Shown piece after piece: positions 8,919 to 19,018 of a DNA stretch of 64,000 nucleotides. The position numbers were made by a program, and so were the translations under genes. Source of the DNA: Alphaproteobacteria bacterium (GTDB taxonomy: Bacteria > Pseudomonadota > Alphaproteobacteria > SP197); the NCBI GenBank assembly GCA_965228895.1, contig OZ245842.1:4416001-4480000 (forward strand), written 5' to 3'. The first letter of the stretch is position 1. The number at the start of each line of letters is the position of its first letter. The notes below the pieces were generated by a model. It was not told the DNA's origin. It worked only from the letters and a program-made list of their open reading frames with translations, and did not search any database.

Positions 8919-10739
8919 CTAAAGACCGAGACGCGACAACGTCTCGTTGCTCGGCACACCATCCTCTGTCCAGCCGCGGAACTGGTAATATTCCGGCAGC
9001 ATCTTATCGAGTTCGGCAACCTTGCCCTTGGCGTTGCCGGTCGGCGCCGGCGTTTCCAGCATGCGCTTGGGCAAGGTGTCGTCGGCCTTGGTCAGACCGG
9101 CGCCCAGGTTGAACATGCGCTCCAGGTTGAAGGTCCGCTCGCCGCATTCGGTGATGCGCTCCAGCGTCCAGTCGCCCTCGCACGCCGCGTCGATCTGGGC
9201 GGCGAAGTCCTCGGGACCCCAGGCCGCCGTGGTGAAGAGGCAGAGCCCAGTCGAATCGATCATGGCAACGACGTCCTGGCTCTTCTTCACCGGTTCGGCT
9301 TTGCCGTTGCCCGAAACGTCTTCCATGTCCTCGGCGAAGACATCGTGCTTCAGATGGCAGGCGCCGCGGTTCGACGTGGCGTAGCCCAGACCCATGCCCT
9401 GCAAGGCACGGCTGTCGTAACCCGCGAACTCCTGGCCCTTGACGCCCATGAAGAACTCGGGATGGCCGTACTTCTCGGTGAGCCGCTTGGAGCCGAGCGC
9501 CAGTTCCTTGCCGAAACCCTCGCCCTTGCCGGTCTTCTCGGCCATCACCGCAAGCGCCTCGGCATTGCCGAACTTGAGCTCGATGCCGTCGGTCTGCTCT
9601 TTGGTCAGCGCGCCGACTTCATAGAGCTCCATGGCCGCGGCAAGCGTCACGCCGAACGAGATCGGGTCCATGCCGTGCTCGTTCATCATGAAGTTGGCGA
9701 AGGTCAGCGCGTCGATATCGTCGACGCCGACCACCGGACCGAAGGCATAGGCCGTCTCGTACTCCAGCCCGCCGGAAGCGTGCTGGTATTGCGGCCGGTT
9801 GACGACGGTGAAGTGCTCCTTGTCGATATGCGCGATGCGCCCGCACGCGATGGTGCAGCCGAAGCAGGCCTTGTTGGTGATCAGGTTGACGTGGCCGTGC
9901 TCGTTCTTGGTGATCGCGAAGTTCGGATTGATCTTGCCGGTGCCTTCGAACTGCACCTCGTTGAAGTTGCGGGTCGGCAGGCCGCCCCACTCCTCCATGG
10001 CGTCGATCATCGCCAGCGTGCCTTCCTGGGTCAGGCCCTTGCGACCTTCGCTCTCGGCAAGCTTGGCGTGGGTATCCTTGATCACCTCCATGAACGTCTT
10101 GGGATCGTGAACGGTGACGCCCTTGGTGCCGTGGCAGGCGATCGCCTTCAGGTTCTTCGACCCCATGACGGCGCCGACGCCGGAGCGCCCGGCGGCACGA
10201 TGCAGATCGTTGACGACGCAGGCGTAGTAGACGCCGTTCTCGCCGGCCTCACCGATCGAGGCGACCTTCAACAACGGGTTCTGGTGACGCGCCTTGATCC
10301 ACTCTTCGGTGTGCCAGACGCCGGTGCCCCACAGCTCGTCGGCCGGCAGGATCTCGACGGTGTCGTCGACGATGTGCAGATAGACCGGGCTTTTTGCCCT
10401 GCCTTCCAGAATGATCAGGTCGTAGCCCGCATACTTCATCTCCGCGCCGAACTTGCCGCCGGAGTTCGAGCACGCGATGGCGTTGGTCAGCGGACCCTTG
10501 CACAGCACGGCATATCGCCCGCTGGTCGACGACATCGTGCCGGTCAGCGGTCCCGTCGCGAAGATCAGGACATTGTCCGGGCTCATCGGATCGGCCTTGG
10601 GGTCCATGTTCTCGTAGAGATACTTGGTGCCCAGGCCGCGCTCGCCCATATAGGCCTCGGCCCACTCCATGTTGAGCGGCTCGGACTTGGCCGTGCCCTC
10701 GGTCAGATTGACGCGAAGAACGTTTTTCTGCCATCCCAT
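8919..10739 (-). CDS. aorB: Aldehyde ferredoxin oxidoreductase family (W-bis-pterin) catalytic subunit
   Basis: SNSGG.FG.E.K.AGYD, SIG.AGEN.V, AAGRSG.GAVMGSKNLKAI, CFGCTIACGR, G.EYET, RGACHL, DTLPKR, YY..RGW..DG.P motifs of the AOR family. Confidence 0.95.
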   Translation of the reverse strand: MGWQKNVLRVNLTEGTAKSEPLNMEWAEAYMGERGLGTKYLYENMDPKADPMSPDNVLIFATGPLTGTMSSTSGRYAVLCKGPLTNAIACSNSGGKFGAEMKYAGYDLIILEGRAKSPVYLHIVDDTVEILPADELWGTGVWHTEEWIKARHQNPLLKVASIGEAGENGVYYACVVNDLHRAAGRSGVGAVMGSKNLKAIACHGTKGVTVHDPKTFMEVIKDTHAKLAESEGRKGLTQEGTLAMIDAMEEWGGLPTRNFNEVQFEGTGKINPNFAITKNEHGHVNLITNKACFGCTIACGRIAHIDKEHFTVVNRPQYQHASGGLEYETAYAFGPVVGVDDIDALTFANFMMNEHGMDPISFGVTLAAAMELYEVGALTKEQTDGIELKFGNAEALAVMAEKTGKGEGFGKELALGSKRLTEKYGHPEFFMGVKGQEFAGYDSRALQGMGLGYATSNRGACHLKHDVFAEDMEDVSGNGKAEPVKKSQDVVAMIDSTGLCLFTTAAWGPEDFAAQIDAACEGDWTLERITECGERTFNLERMFNLGAGLTKADDTLPKRMLETPAPTGNAKGKVAELDKMLPEYYQFRGWTEDGVPSNETLSRLGL

Positions 10740-10751
10740 GATCGTTCTCCC

Positions 10752-11225
10752 TCAAGCCGCCGGCTGGTTGTCGGTTTTGACGGCCCAGGCCTGCATCCGT
10801 TCGTAACCGGTCCAGGCTGAGTCGACATAGGTGATGGCGTCGGTCGGACAGGCCTCGGCGCATTTCGGATCGCCGTGGCACAGGTCGCATTTGATGACCT
10901 TGCCGGTGTCGGGGTTGTAGTTCACCGTGCCGAACGGACAGGCGATGGTGCAGACCTTGCAGCCCACGCAGACGTCATCGAGCACCTCGACTGCGCCGGT
11001 TTCCGGGCTCCTGACCAGGGCCTCGACGGGGCAGGCATGCAGACACCAGGCTTCCGCGCACTGGGTGCAGGTATAGGGCACGGCGCGCCGGCCGTGCTCG
11101 AATTCGAAGATCTTGATCCGCGACCGCGCCGGATTGAACGTGCCTTCGTGCTCGAACGAACACGCCATCTCACACTGCAAGCAGCTCGTGCACTTTTCCG
11201 GATCGATCAGAAGCGATTTCTGCAT
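10752..11225 (-). CDS. aorA: 4x[4Fe-4S] ferredoxin subunit (AorA/CooF-like)
   Basis: CTSCLQCEMAC, CTQC...CLHACP, CVGCKVCTIACP, CDLC...CAEACP. Confidence 0.93.
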   Translation of the reverse strand: MQKSLLIDPEKCTSCLQCEMACSFEHEGTFNPARSRIKIFEFEHGRRAVPYTCTQCAEAWCLHACPVEALVRSPETGAVEVLDDVCVGCKVCTIACPFGTVNYNPDTGKVIKCDLCHGDPKCAEACPTDAITYVDSAWTGYERMQAWAVKTDNQPAA

Positions 11226-11369
11226 GGTGGACCCCTTGTTCAACGCATGACATCGACCCCCTGGCCGGCATCCTGAAACCCGCCGAGGGCCTTCCTCACC
11301 ATCTTAGACCGGTTTGATCGCGTCTGTGTAGAGCCGGCATGTCGATTACCCTGACAATTCAGGGGCCTT

Positions 11370-11636
11370 TCAGCGATAGATGGCCGCACCGAGTTCGCGC
11401 TTCTTCGCGGCCCACGCCTCAGGGTTGAGCATGACAATGCCGTAGCGCGCGACCAGCGCCTCGATCGCACCGTCGCGGATCTGATGGTACTGGGTGAGCT
11501 GGCCGGGCTCGGCGACGACGATGAAATCGGGACCGGCATCGATGTGACCGGCGACCGCCCTGGCGCCATCCGGGCTCATCACCGTCACAAGCCGGCCCCA
11601 CCCGTGGGTGATCCCTCTGAGACCATAAAGCTCCAT
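11370..11636 (-). CDS. Hypothetical protein, 88 aa, paralogue of 33866..34135
   Basis: MELYGLRGITHGWGRLVTVMSPDGARAVAGHI...QYHQ...LVARYGI...WAAKK.ELG.AIYR aligns end to end with the ORF at 33866-34135. That alignment supports both the ORF and the ATG at 11636. Confidence 0.8.
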   Translation of the reverse strand: MELYGLRGITHGWGRLVTVMSPDGARAVAGHIDAGPDFIVVAEPGQLTQYHQIRDGAIEALVARYGIVMLNPEAWAAKKRELGAAIYR

Positions 11637-11781
11637 CGCGTGATCAGTTCGTTTCCCAAAAAGTTGCCTCTCGACAAACAGAGCATGGCGAGGGCCTGAT
11701 GGACCAGTTTGGCGGGGGCGCCTTACCGGAATGTGAAGGTGGTGTGCGGCCTCGTCCAGTACCACGGCGAGAACTCTGCGT

Positions 11782-12954
11782 ATGAAACCGTTGCCCGCTC
11801 TGATCGCCGTCCTGCTCGTCACCACGAGCCTGGGGTCGATCCACGCGTTCAGCGTGATCGTCGCGCCGCTCGAGGCGCGATTCGGCGCCAGCCGGGGCGA
11901 TGTCAGCCTGGCCTATTCGCTCGCCCTGATCAGCCTGACCGTCGCCGTCTTGTTCGGTCACAAGATCTATCACCGCCTGACGCCGGCACTGATTGGCGGC
12001 GGCGCCTGTCTTCTCGCCGCCACAGGCCTGGTCGTGTCCGCCGTCGCGCCGGCCCTGATCTTGGTCTACCTCGCCTACGGCATCCTGTTCGGTTTCGCCA
12101 ATGGCGTCGGTTACGGCTTTTCGCTGATCGCGTCGGCGCGCGCCTTTCCGCAGCGCCAAGGCATGGCCATGGGCCTGGTGACAGCGTGTTATGCGGTCGG
12201 CGCGATCGTCTTCGCCCAGGTGCTGAAGCTCGTCTACGACCCCATGGGCCTGACCGCCGCGCTGATCGTGAATGCCGGCGCGATCGCCGCCTGCGGCGTG
12301 GTCGCCGCCATCTTGCTGCAACGATCGGGCCTGCGCATGGGTCATGCCGCCACGACAGCGGCAGCCGGCATCCAGGGCGATATCAAGCCCGTCGCTCTGC
12401 TGTGGCTGGGTTTCGGTTTCGGCTGCACGGCCGGGGTCGTGGCGATCAGCCATGCCGCCGGTGTGGTCACCGAGCTCGGCGGCAGCGACCATCTGGCCGT
12501 TCTGGGTGTCATGCTGATCGGCTTCGGCAACGCCGTGGGCGGCCTGCTGATTGCCGGTCTGGCCGACCGTCTGCCATTGCGGCTCCTCCTGGTTGGCCTG
12601 CCCAGCCTCTCGACGGCCGGCTTGCTCGCGCTCGCTGCACTCAACGCACCGGTGCCAGCTGTCGTGTGCCTCGCCGTCATTGGTCTGGCCTATGGCGGGA
12701 TCGCGGCGATCTATCCGGTCGCCACGACACGGCGGTTCGGTATCGACCGCACGCCCAGGATCTATGGCCTGATCTTCACGGCCTGGGGCGTCGCCGGATT
12801 TGTCGGCCCTTGGCTCGCGGGCGTGATCTACGACGTCGAGGGCGGATACCAAACCGCCTTGGTGCTGGCAGCGGTCGCGGCAGTTATCTCAGCGGGTGCG
12901 ACTACGTGTCTGCGTCTTTCCCGGCAGGATCAATCGGAGACACTCAAAACCTAG
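11782..12954 (+). CDS. MFS transporter (OFA-like)
   Basis: About 12 hydrophobic segments, GSIHAFSV, FPQRQGMAMG, G.ADRL, RIYG.IFTAWG.AG. Confidence 0.9.
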   Translation: MKPLPALIAVLLVTTSLGSIHAFSVIVAPLEARFGASRGDVSLAYSLALISLTVAVLFGHKIYHRLTPALIGGGACLLAATGLVVSAVAPALILVYLAYGILFGFANGVGYGFSLIASARAFPQRQGMAMGLVTACYAVGAIVFAQVLKLVYDPMGLTAALIVNAGAIAACGVVAAILLQRSGLRMGHAATTAAAGIQGDIKPVALLWLGFGFGCTAGVVAISHAAGVVTELGGSDHLAVLGVMLIGFGNAVGGLLIAGLADRLPLRLLLVGLPSLSTAGLLALAALNAPVPAVVCLAVIGLAYGGIAAIYPVATTRRFGIDRTPRIYGLIFTAWGVAGFVGPWLAGVIYDVEGGYQTALVLAAVAAVISAGATTCLRLSRQDQSETLKT

Positions 12955-12959
12955 CTCCG

Positions 12960-14264
12960 TCAGGAGTCGCGGCCGGCAAAGAGCTCCGCCTTGGCGATCT
13001 CCAACCGGGCGCCGATGCCGGTCAACCAACGCGGCGGTAGGCGAACCGGCTCGTCGAACTTCAGCATGTCACTGACGATCTCCGAATCCTCGCCGACCGC
13101 CAGTTCGGCGACAGCGCGCCCTTGGATCGTGCCCTTGGCCGCGCCGACGCCGTTCTGGCACACTGCCGACCAGACGCCGTCGTCAAGCACGCCGAACTTC
13201 GGCGCGTGGTTGCGCGTCATGCACATGGCGCCGCCCCAGCTGTGCTCGAACGTGACGTCCGGCAGCATGGGGAAACGTTCGCGGAAGGTCTTGATGTGAC
13301 CACGATAGACGCCGCGGCGCTGGGCATCATGGCTGTAGCAATCCGGCGTGTAACGAACGCCCTTGCGAATCAACAGGCGCTTGTCCTGGGTATAGCGCAT
13401 GGTCGTTCCGCCCATGGTGGCGGGGATGACGCCCCAGTCGCCCTCGCCGCCGAGGTCAGCCTGCTCGGCCTCGGTCAGCGGGCGGGTCAGGCTGGCATAG
13501 GTGAAGATGACGATGAAATGGTTGGTGAAGTAACCGAATGCCGGCGTCCAGCCATTGGTCGCCAGGATGACATGGGGGGTCTTGAGCGATCCGTGCGCGG
13601 TCGTCAGCGTCTTGGTTGGTCCTTTGTCGAACGCTTCGACGGGCGAGTCTTCGTAGACCGTGACGTTCTCCGGCATGGTCGCCGCCAGACCACGCACCAA
13701 GGCCGCCGGCTGCATCAAGATGTTCTCAGGCGTCCAGACCGCATCGTGGAAGTGAGCGGTGCCCAAGTATTGCGTCGCACGCTCCGCGTTCCACCGCTCG
13801 TAGCTTTCGCCGAGCATATCCAGACCTTGACAATACGCGTCCAGCGCCACGACCCCGTTCGCCGTCGCCGCCGCGTGCACCTTGCCGCGCACGCTCCACT
13901 GACACTGGATCTGGTGGTTCTGCACGATGTCCGACAACCAGGCGATGGCCGTGCGGTTCAAACGCATCTGGCGGAAGTCGCGCTCGGGATCGTCCATCTC
14001 GATGTTGTGCGGGAGATCGATGATGAAACCGGAGTTGCGGCCCGACGCGTTGCGGCCGATCCGCTGCGCCTCGACCAACGCGACCTTGTCGTTGGGGCGC
14101 AGTTCGCCCAGACGGCGCGCCGCGCCAAGCCCGGCGAAACCGGCGCCGACGACGACCCAATCGGCCTGTTGGTCGCCGGTCAACACATTGGGCGCACCGT
14201 GATCCGGCAGGATCTCGTACCAGCCGTTGGTTTTGTCATCACGCGGCAGATTGGTGACCCGCAT
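12960..14264 (-). CDS. FAD-dependent oxidoreductase, DAO family (PuuB/OrdL-like)
   Basis: VVVGAGFAGL, ASGRNSGF, LMQPAALVRGLA, VYEDSPV, ILATNG, CQNGVG.AKGT. Confidence 0.9.
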   Translation of the reverse strand: MRVTNLPRDDKTNGWYEILPDHGAPNVLTGDQQADWVVVGAGFAGLGAARRLGELRPNDKVALVEAQRIGRNASGRNSGFIIDLPHNIEMDDPERDFRQMRLNRTAIAWLSDIVQNHQIQCQWSVRGKVHAAATANGVVALDAYCQGLDMLGESYERWNAERATQYLGTAHFHDAVWTPENILMQPAALVRGLAATMPENVTVYEDSPVEAFDKGPTKTLTTAHGSLKTPHVILATNGWTPAFGYFTNHFIVIFTYASLTRPLTEAEQADLGGEGDWGVIPATMGGTTMRYTQDKRLLIRKGVRYTPDCYSHDAQRRGVYRGHIKTFRERFPMLPDVTFEHSWGGAMCMTRNHAPKFGVLDDGVWSAVCQNGVGAAKGTIQGRAVAELAVGEDSEIVSDMLKFDEPVRLPPRWLTGIGARLEIAKAELFAGRDS

Positions 14265-14375
14265 CGTTCGACTCCTGGACTACGCCCGGAAGAGAGTTAG
14301 TCACCGGGAGCGTCGGGGGTCAAACAGGAAGTTGTCGCCTCTGGATCGTTCGCCGGCGCAATGAGAAGGCGAGGC

Positions 14376-14921
14376 TTAGAGGCTGCTTTGAATCGCCGCG
14401 ATGACCTCTTCGGGTTTCGGGTTGGTGACGCCGGAATCACGAACATGGATAAAGTGCAGCGACGACGCACCGTCGCGGTCGAAGACAAGCACGGTCGGTA
14501 TGCGCGCGACATTGCCAAAGGCTTCCGCGACCGCATCGTTACCGGCGACGACGGAGAACGCGGGATCGTATGTGGCAATGAACTCCTGCAACCGTTCGCC
14601 GCCATCCTCGAACCGGCCCGCCTGTTCAAAGCGGTTGATGGCGATGATCTCGACACCCTGGTCATGATACGCCTCGTAGAGCTCATTCAGGTGCATGAAC
14701 TCGGTATGGCAGGGCGGGCACCAGCTGGCAAAGAACGTCACGACAACAACCTTCCCGTTGAGGCCTTCCTGGGTGACCGGCGGACCACTGATCGCATCGA
14801 GCGAGGCGACAAGCTGCTTGGTGTCGTCCGACAAGGCAACCGGCTCGTCGGCGGCTAGCGCCATCGGCGGAAGCAAGGCCGCGGCAAGGAGAACGACAAG
14901 GTTTCGAAACGACGTCACCAT
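14376..14921 (-). CDS. TlpA-family thiol-disulfide oxidoreductase, exported
   Basis: Signal peptide, GKVVVVTFFASWCPPCH.E, and cis-Pro motif RIPT. Confidence 0.9.
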   Translation of the reverse strand: MVTSFRNLVVLLAAALLPPMALAADEPVALSDDTKQLVASLDAISGPPVTQEGLNGKVVVVTFFASWCPPCHTEFMHLNELYEAYHDQGVEIIAINRFEQAGRFEDGGERLQEFIATYDPAFSVVAGNDAVAEAFGNVARIPTVLVFDRDGASSLHFIHVRDSGVTNPKPEEVIAAIQSSL

Positions 14922-15003
14922 GACATTAAGATAATGATCTCAGCGCCCGGCGTCGTGGTTCCACGCGGTATCGACACGACAATGTGAAGGCATGTCAACG
15001 GGC

Positions 15004-15384
15004 TCACAAAGCGCGATGATCAGTGCCCTCTCCCGGTGTGATGAAAACGAGATCGCCGGGTTTGCGCATCACGATTCGGTGCCACACACCTTGAGGCACG
15101 ATAAAGGCTTGGCCAGCGTCAAGCGGCACGCGCCGCTCGCCCTCCGGCTGATCGAGGACGACATCGACCGCGCCGGACAACAACACCAACACCTCGCCGC
15201 CGGCCGGATGCCGCTCCCAATGCTCGATGTCACCGCTGATGTGCGATGCGGTGATCATGCGGCCATCATAGACGCGCTCACCCGCCATCAGCTCCCGCCA
15301 GAAGGTGTCGGTGACCGGGACCGGGTGCGCGCCGTCGCGGCTATCCAGATGCACAAAGGTGGTGAAGAGATCGAAGGTCGACAT
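15004..15384 (-). CDS. Cupin domain protein
   Basis: WERHPAGGEVLVLLSG...G.AFIVPQGVWHR cupin motifs. Confidence 0.88.
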   Translation of the reverse strand: MSTFDLFTTFVHLDSRDGAHPVPVTDTFWRELMAGERVYDGRMITASHISGDIEHWERHPAGGEVLVLLSGAVDVVLDQPEGERRVPLDAGQAFIVPQGVWHRIVMRKPGDLVFITPGEGTDHRAL

Positions 15385-15396
15385 GGCGAGCCGGGC

Positions 15397-15780
15397 CTAC
15401 GTCTTTTTGCGCGGCGTGACTGTCGGATGCTCGTCGGTCTTGCTGCCCGACGGTGAATTGGCGGCCGGGGCGACGGCAAAGAAGAAGGTCGCCTTCGCAT
15501 CGGCTTCGTAAGTCAACTCGGTGCCTTCGGGCAGCCACATGATGTCGCCCGGTCCCATCTCGTGCACATCATCTCCGACGACGATCCGCATGGTTCCGTC
15601 GATGCCGAACAGCATTTCGTCATAGGTGACGGTCCAGGGGATGCTGCAGTTCTCGAACACGCCGATGCCGCCGCCCAGCTTTTGGCTCACCGCGCCGTTG
15701 ACGGTCGCGATCACGTTGCCGCCGCCTTCGCCCGGTGTCAGGTCGAAATCGAAACCACGGAACATCTTGGCTTCACTCAT
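15397..15780 (-). CDS. EutQ-like cupin
   Basis: LGGG...FEN.SIPWTVTYDE...MGPGDIMWLPEGT. Confidence 0.85.
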   Translation of the reverse strand: MSEAKMFRGFDFDLTPGEGGGNVIATVNGAVSQKLGGGIGVFENCSIPWTVTYDEMLFGIDGTMRIVVGDDVHEMGPGDIMWLPEGTELTYEADAKATFFFAVAPAANSPSGSKTDEHPTVTPRKKT

Positions 15781-15783
15781 GAG

Positions 15784-17169
15784 TTATGCGTCCCCCTCTG
15801 GTCGATCGCCCGAGACTACCACACGCTCCGACGGCCGGCTGAACCACGCCAATGCAACAAGGCCTATCACCAGACACGTCGCCGCCGTGACACCAAATAC
15901 AAGCTGATAGTCATTCGTCATGACAAGGATGATGCCCAGGATCGTCATGCCGATGGTGCCGCCAAGCAACTGACTGGTCAGCATGACGCCACCGGCCTGG
16001 CCTTGCTTTTCGATGGGCAGCGCGTTGGCAACCGCGCGCATGGGCGGCACGAAGAGAACGGGTTGGGTCAACCCGATCAGGAGGAGACCCGGCACCATGA
16101 TCATCAGGCCGGCGCCGTCCGCGGTCGCCGCGAGCCAGACGAAACTGATGAAGATGGCGGCGAGGCCGATGAGGGCCGGCCGGCGCTCGGCGAAGCGGTC
16201 GGTGATCGGACCAATGAAAAAAGCCGAGAACGGTAACGGCACGACCGCCCACAGCATGGCGAGGCCCGCCTCGATCGCGCTCATGCCGAGTGTGTGCTGG
16301 AAGTAGACGGCGCCAAAGATGAAAATCGACGTTTTCGAGAACTGACCCATGAAGATGATCAGATTGGCCGACGACATCGTTCGGTTCGCGAACAGATCGA
16401 TTTCGATCAGCGGCGCGCGGGCCTTGAACTCGGCCACGACGAACGCGACGAGCGACAAGACGCCGACCACGATCAGCGCAAGCACGGGAAGGCTGATCCA
16501 ACCCCAGTCCGGCCCCTGCATCAGACCCATCACCAGCAGACCCACACCGGCGACCAGCGTTATCAGGCCGGGTTTATCGACGCGCGGTGCGTCACCCTGA
16601 CGCGGCGGATCGCGCCAGAAAGCGAGCACGAGAGCGGCAATCGCAACGACGAGGAACGGGTTGACCCAGAAGATCCAACGCCATGAAAGATACTCGGTGA
16701 AAGCACCGCCCAAGAGTGGTCCGCAGGCAAGGAAGATCGTGCCCGTGGTGCCGTAGATGCCAAGCGCCAGACCCCGTTGCTCAGGCGGGAAGACGATCAT
16801 CATCATGGCCATGGAGCCCGGCAATACGATGGCCGCGCCGATACCTTGCAGGGCACGCGCTACGATGATCCACGTCTCGTTCTGCGCGAAACCCGCAGCG
16901 ATCGAGGTCACGCCAAAAATGATGAGACCCAGGATGAAAAATCGCCTGAGTCCGACCATGTCGCCGAACTTGCCCATGGCGGCCGCGAGCGCGGCAAAGA
17001 CGACCAAATAAGCATTGACGACCCAATGGGAGCCGGTTTCGCTCAAGCCGAGATCGCGGCGCATGGTCGGCAGGGCGACACCGACGATGGTCTCGTCGAG
17101 CACCATGAGGCCGAGGGAAGCACCCATGGCGATAAGAATGACCCACTTGTGGCTCTTACTTTCGGCCAT
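15784..17169 (-). CDS. MFS transporter, DHA2 (EmrB/QacA) type
   Basis: LDETIVGVALP, WVVNAYL, GKFGDMVGLRR, RALQGIGAA, GPLLGG, WRWIFWVN. ATG 17169 follows GAGGGG. Confidence 0.92.
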   Translation of the reverse strand: MAESKSHKWVILIAMGASLGLMVLDETIVGVALPTMRRDLGLSETGSHWVVNAYLVVFAALAAAMGKFGDMVGLRRFFILGLIIFGVTSIAAGFAQNETWIIVARALQGIGAAIVLPGSMAMMMIVFPPEQRGLALGIYGTTGTIFLACGPLLGGAFTEYLSWRWIFWVNPFLVVAIAALVLAFWRDPPRQGDAPRVDKPGLITLVAGVGLLVMGLMQGPDWGWISLPVLALIVVGVLSLVAFVVAEFKARAPLIEIDLFANRTMSSANLIIFMGQFSKTSIFIFGAVYFQHTLGMSAIEAGLAMLWAVVPLPFSAFFIGPITDRFAERRPALIGLAAIFISFVWLAATADGAGLMIMVPGLLLIGLTQPVLFVPPMRAVANALPIEKQGQAGGVMLTSQLLGGTIGMTILGIILVMTNDYQLVFGVTAATCLVIGLVALAWFSRPSERVVVSGDRPEGDA

Positions 17170-17193
17170 GCCCCTCAACTGCCTCAACGCGCC

Positions 17194-17332
17194 TAGAGCG
17201 GATCATGGTTAAGGGGAAGTCCTGCGCGCTTCCCCTTAACCATGTGAATCCGCTCGCCATCTACGAATAGAGCAGATTCACCCGTTTCAATGGCATCGCC
17301 AAGCGATCCCATCAAAAACAGGATCTACTCTA
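17194..17332 (-). repeat. Double-hairpin TAGAGC...GCTCTA repeat, family B copy 1
   Basis: The reverse complement aligns with 24395-24532 and 50465-50602. Its first 3 nt are the TAG stop of the gene at 17330..18910. Confidence 0.9.
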
Positions 17333-18910
17333 GTATCTACCCACGAGCATCTTACCAAGAAGACGTCCCGGTCCAGCACCGGTGCCGACGCCGGGCCAAG
17401 TGGCGGCACCGCACATGTACAGCCGCTTGATCGGCGTCTTGTAGTGCGACCAACCGGGAAACGGCCGCATGACGAAATTCTGCATCGGCTGCATGCTGCC
17501 ACAGGTGATTTCGCCGCCGACCAGATTGGGGTTGTAGCGCTCCAGATCGGCCGGCGACAAAACAGTGCAGGCCAAGATCCGTTCGCGAATACCGGGCGCG
17601 TAGTCGTTGATCTTGTCGAAGATGCGCTCGGCGAACGCCTGCTTGGCCTCATCCCAGTTTGTTGCCTCGATTTCGCCCGCCGCATCGCCACGAATTCTGT
17701 TCGGCAGCAAGTTCGCCATGATCCAGAGAATGTGTCGACCGTCCGGTGCCCGTGACGGATCGACAACCGTCGGCTGACCGACGACCAGGATCGGGCTTTC
17801 CGGCAAAAGACCAGCCTGCGCGCGCTGATAGGACAGCGCCATGTCGTCCAGATAAGGACCGATGTGGACATAGAAGAGGTCGCGCAAATGCCGGCCGGCG
17901 CGCCAGTCCGGCAGATCCGACATCGCCAGATGGATCGTCATCGTGGCGTTGCCGTACTGGTAACGATCGAGCTTTTGCTGAAAGTCCTCGGGCAGCTCCT
18001 CGCTGACCAGTTCACCGAACAGTTTGGTCGGCGCCAGGTTCGCGAGCACGGCCCGCTTGCAGGCGATTGTTTCGCCGTCCTCCAACACCACGCCCTTCGC
18101 TTGCCCCTTCTCGATCGTTACCTCGGCAACGGGCGCGCCGCACCGCAGCGTTCCCCCGTGATCTTCCAGCACCGTGACCATCGCCTCGATCAAACGCGCG
18201 GCACCGCCTTCGGCGATGTAGGCGCCGTTAAGCTGTTCGCCCGCGGATTCGATCCAGCTCAATAGCGTACCGCCTGCGATGTCAGGCCCGAAGTCGGCAT
18301 GGCTGCCCCAGGCGCCGCACAGCGCGTGTACCTTGTCGCTTTCGAAACGCGACGTCAGAAACGATCGCGATGACTGCAGCAACACCTGCATGATCTCTTG
18401 GGGCCAGGCCTTGCCGAGTTTGACGACACCGCCGAGCGCTGCGCGCAGGTCAGTGATGGACGGTAGCGGCGAACCGAGAACCGGGAACATGTGCGGCGCC
18501 CATTGAGCGAACTCGTCGATCATGACTTGCCATGCCCGGGCATCGGCCGCAGATACTCTCGCGATATCGGCTTTGGTGGCTTCGATGTCGGTCGACACGG
18601 CCAGGGAATCGCCGTCGGGAAAGACCGACGAAAACGGTTTGTCGGCACGCAGAAACTTGAGACCGGCCGCCGTCAGTTCGTCTTTGTGTTCGGCGTAAAA
18701 CGGCGAGTTACGGAAGTAAGAGAGATTGCCGGCAAAGAGGTCGTGACGGAAGCCGGGCAGCGTCACCTCTTCCGTCCTGACCGCACCGCCCGGCGCGTCG
18801 TTGCGTTCCAGAACCAGCACGCGCCAGCCGGCCTTGGCCAGAATAATTGCCGCGGCCAGGCCGTTGTGTCCGGCGCCGATGACGATCGCGTCCCATGGAT
18901 CCGTCGTCAT
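17330..18910 (-). CDS. Phytoene desaturase-like NAD(P)/FAD oxidoreductase (PYROXD2-like)
   Basis: DAIVIGAGHNGL, VLVLER...PGGA..TEE...PGF.HD, PTVVDPSRAP.G.H, SPADLE..NPNL.GG, LYMCGAATWPG.G. Confidence 0.9.
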   Translation of the reverse strand: MTTDPWDAIVIGAGHNGLAAAIILAKAGWRVLVLERNDAPGGAVRTEEVTLPGFRHDLFAGNLSYFRNSPFYAEHKDELTAAGLKFLRADKPFSSVFPDGDSLAVSTDIEATKADIARVSAADARAWQVMIDEFAQWAPHMFPVLGSPLPSITDLRAALGGVVKLGKAWPQEIMQVLLQSSRSFLTSRFESDKVHALCGAWGSHADFGPDIAGGTLLSWIESAGEQLNGAYIAEGGAARLIEAMVTVLEDHGGTLRCGAPVAEVTIEKGQAKGVVLEDGETIACKRAVLANLAPTKLFGELVSEELPEDFQQKLDRYQYGNATMTIHLAMSDLPDWRAGRHLRDLFYVHIGPYLDDMALSYQRAQAGLLPESPILVVGQPTVVDPSRAPDGRHILWIMANLLPNRIRGDAAGEIEATNWDEAKQAFAERIFDKINDYAPGIRERILACTVLSPADLERYNPNLVGGEITCGSMQPMQNFVMRPFPGWSHYKTPIKRLYMCGAATWPGVGTGAGPGRLLGKMLVGRY

Positions 18911-19018
18911 CGCACCTCTCGAGCCAGTCTGGTGTCTTGCCGGGCCTGCGCACGAACCATGCCGACGCCGGCAGCGCAATCACAGCATTCCACCCGGTGG
19001 TTGCCGCAAAGACAAGGT

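Noticed and set aside
8910-10820. 636-aa plus-strand ORF, and similar long ORFs at 34236..36167, 38207..39940, 48237..50060 and 55356..57467
   Set aside because: They are antisense or off-frame shadows of well-supported genes, expected in high-GC DNA. They have no motifs and are rich in Arg, Gly and Ala.
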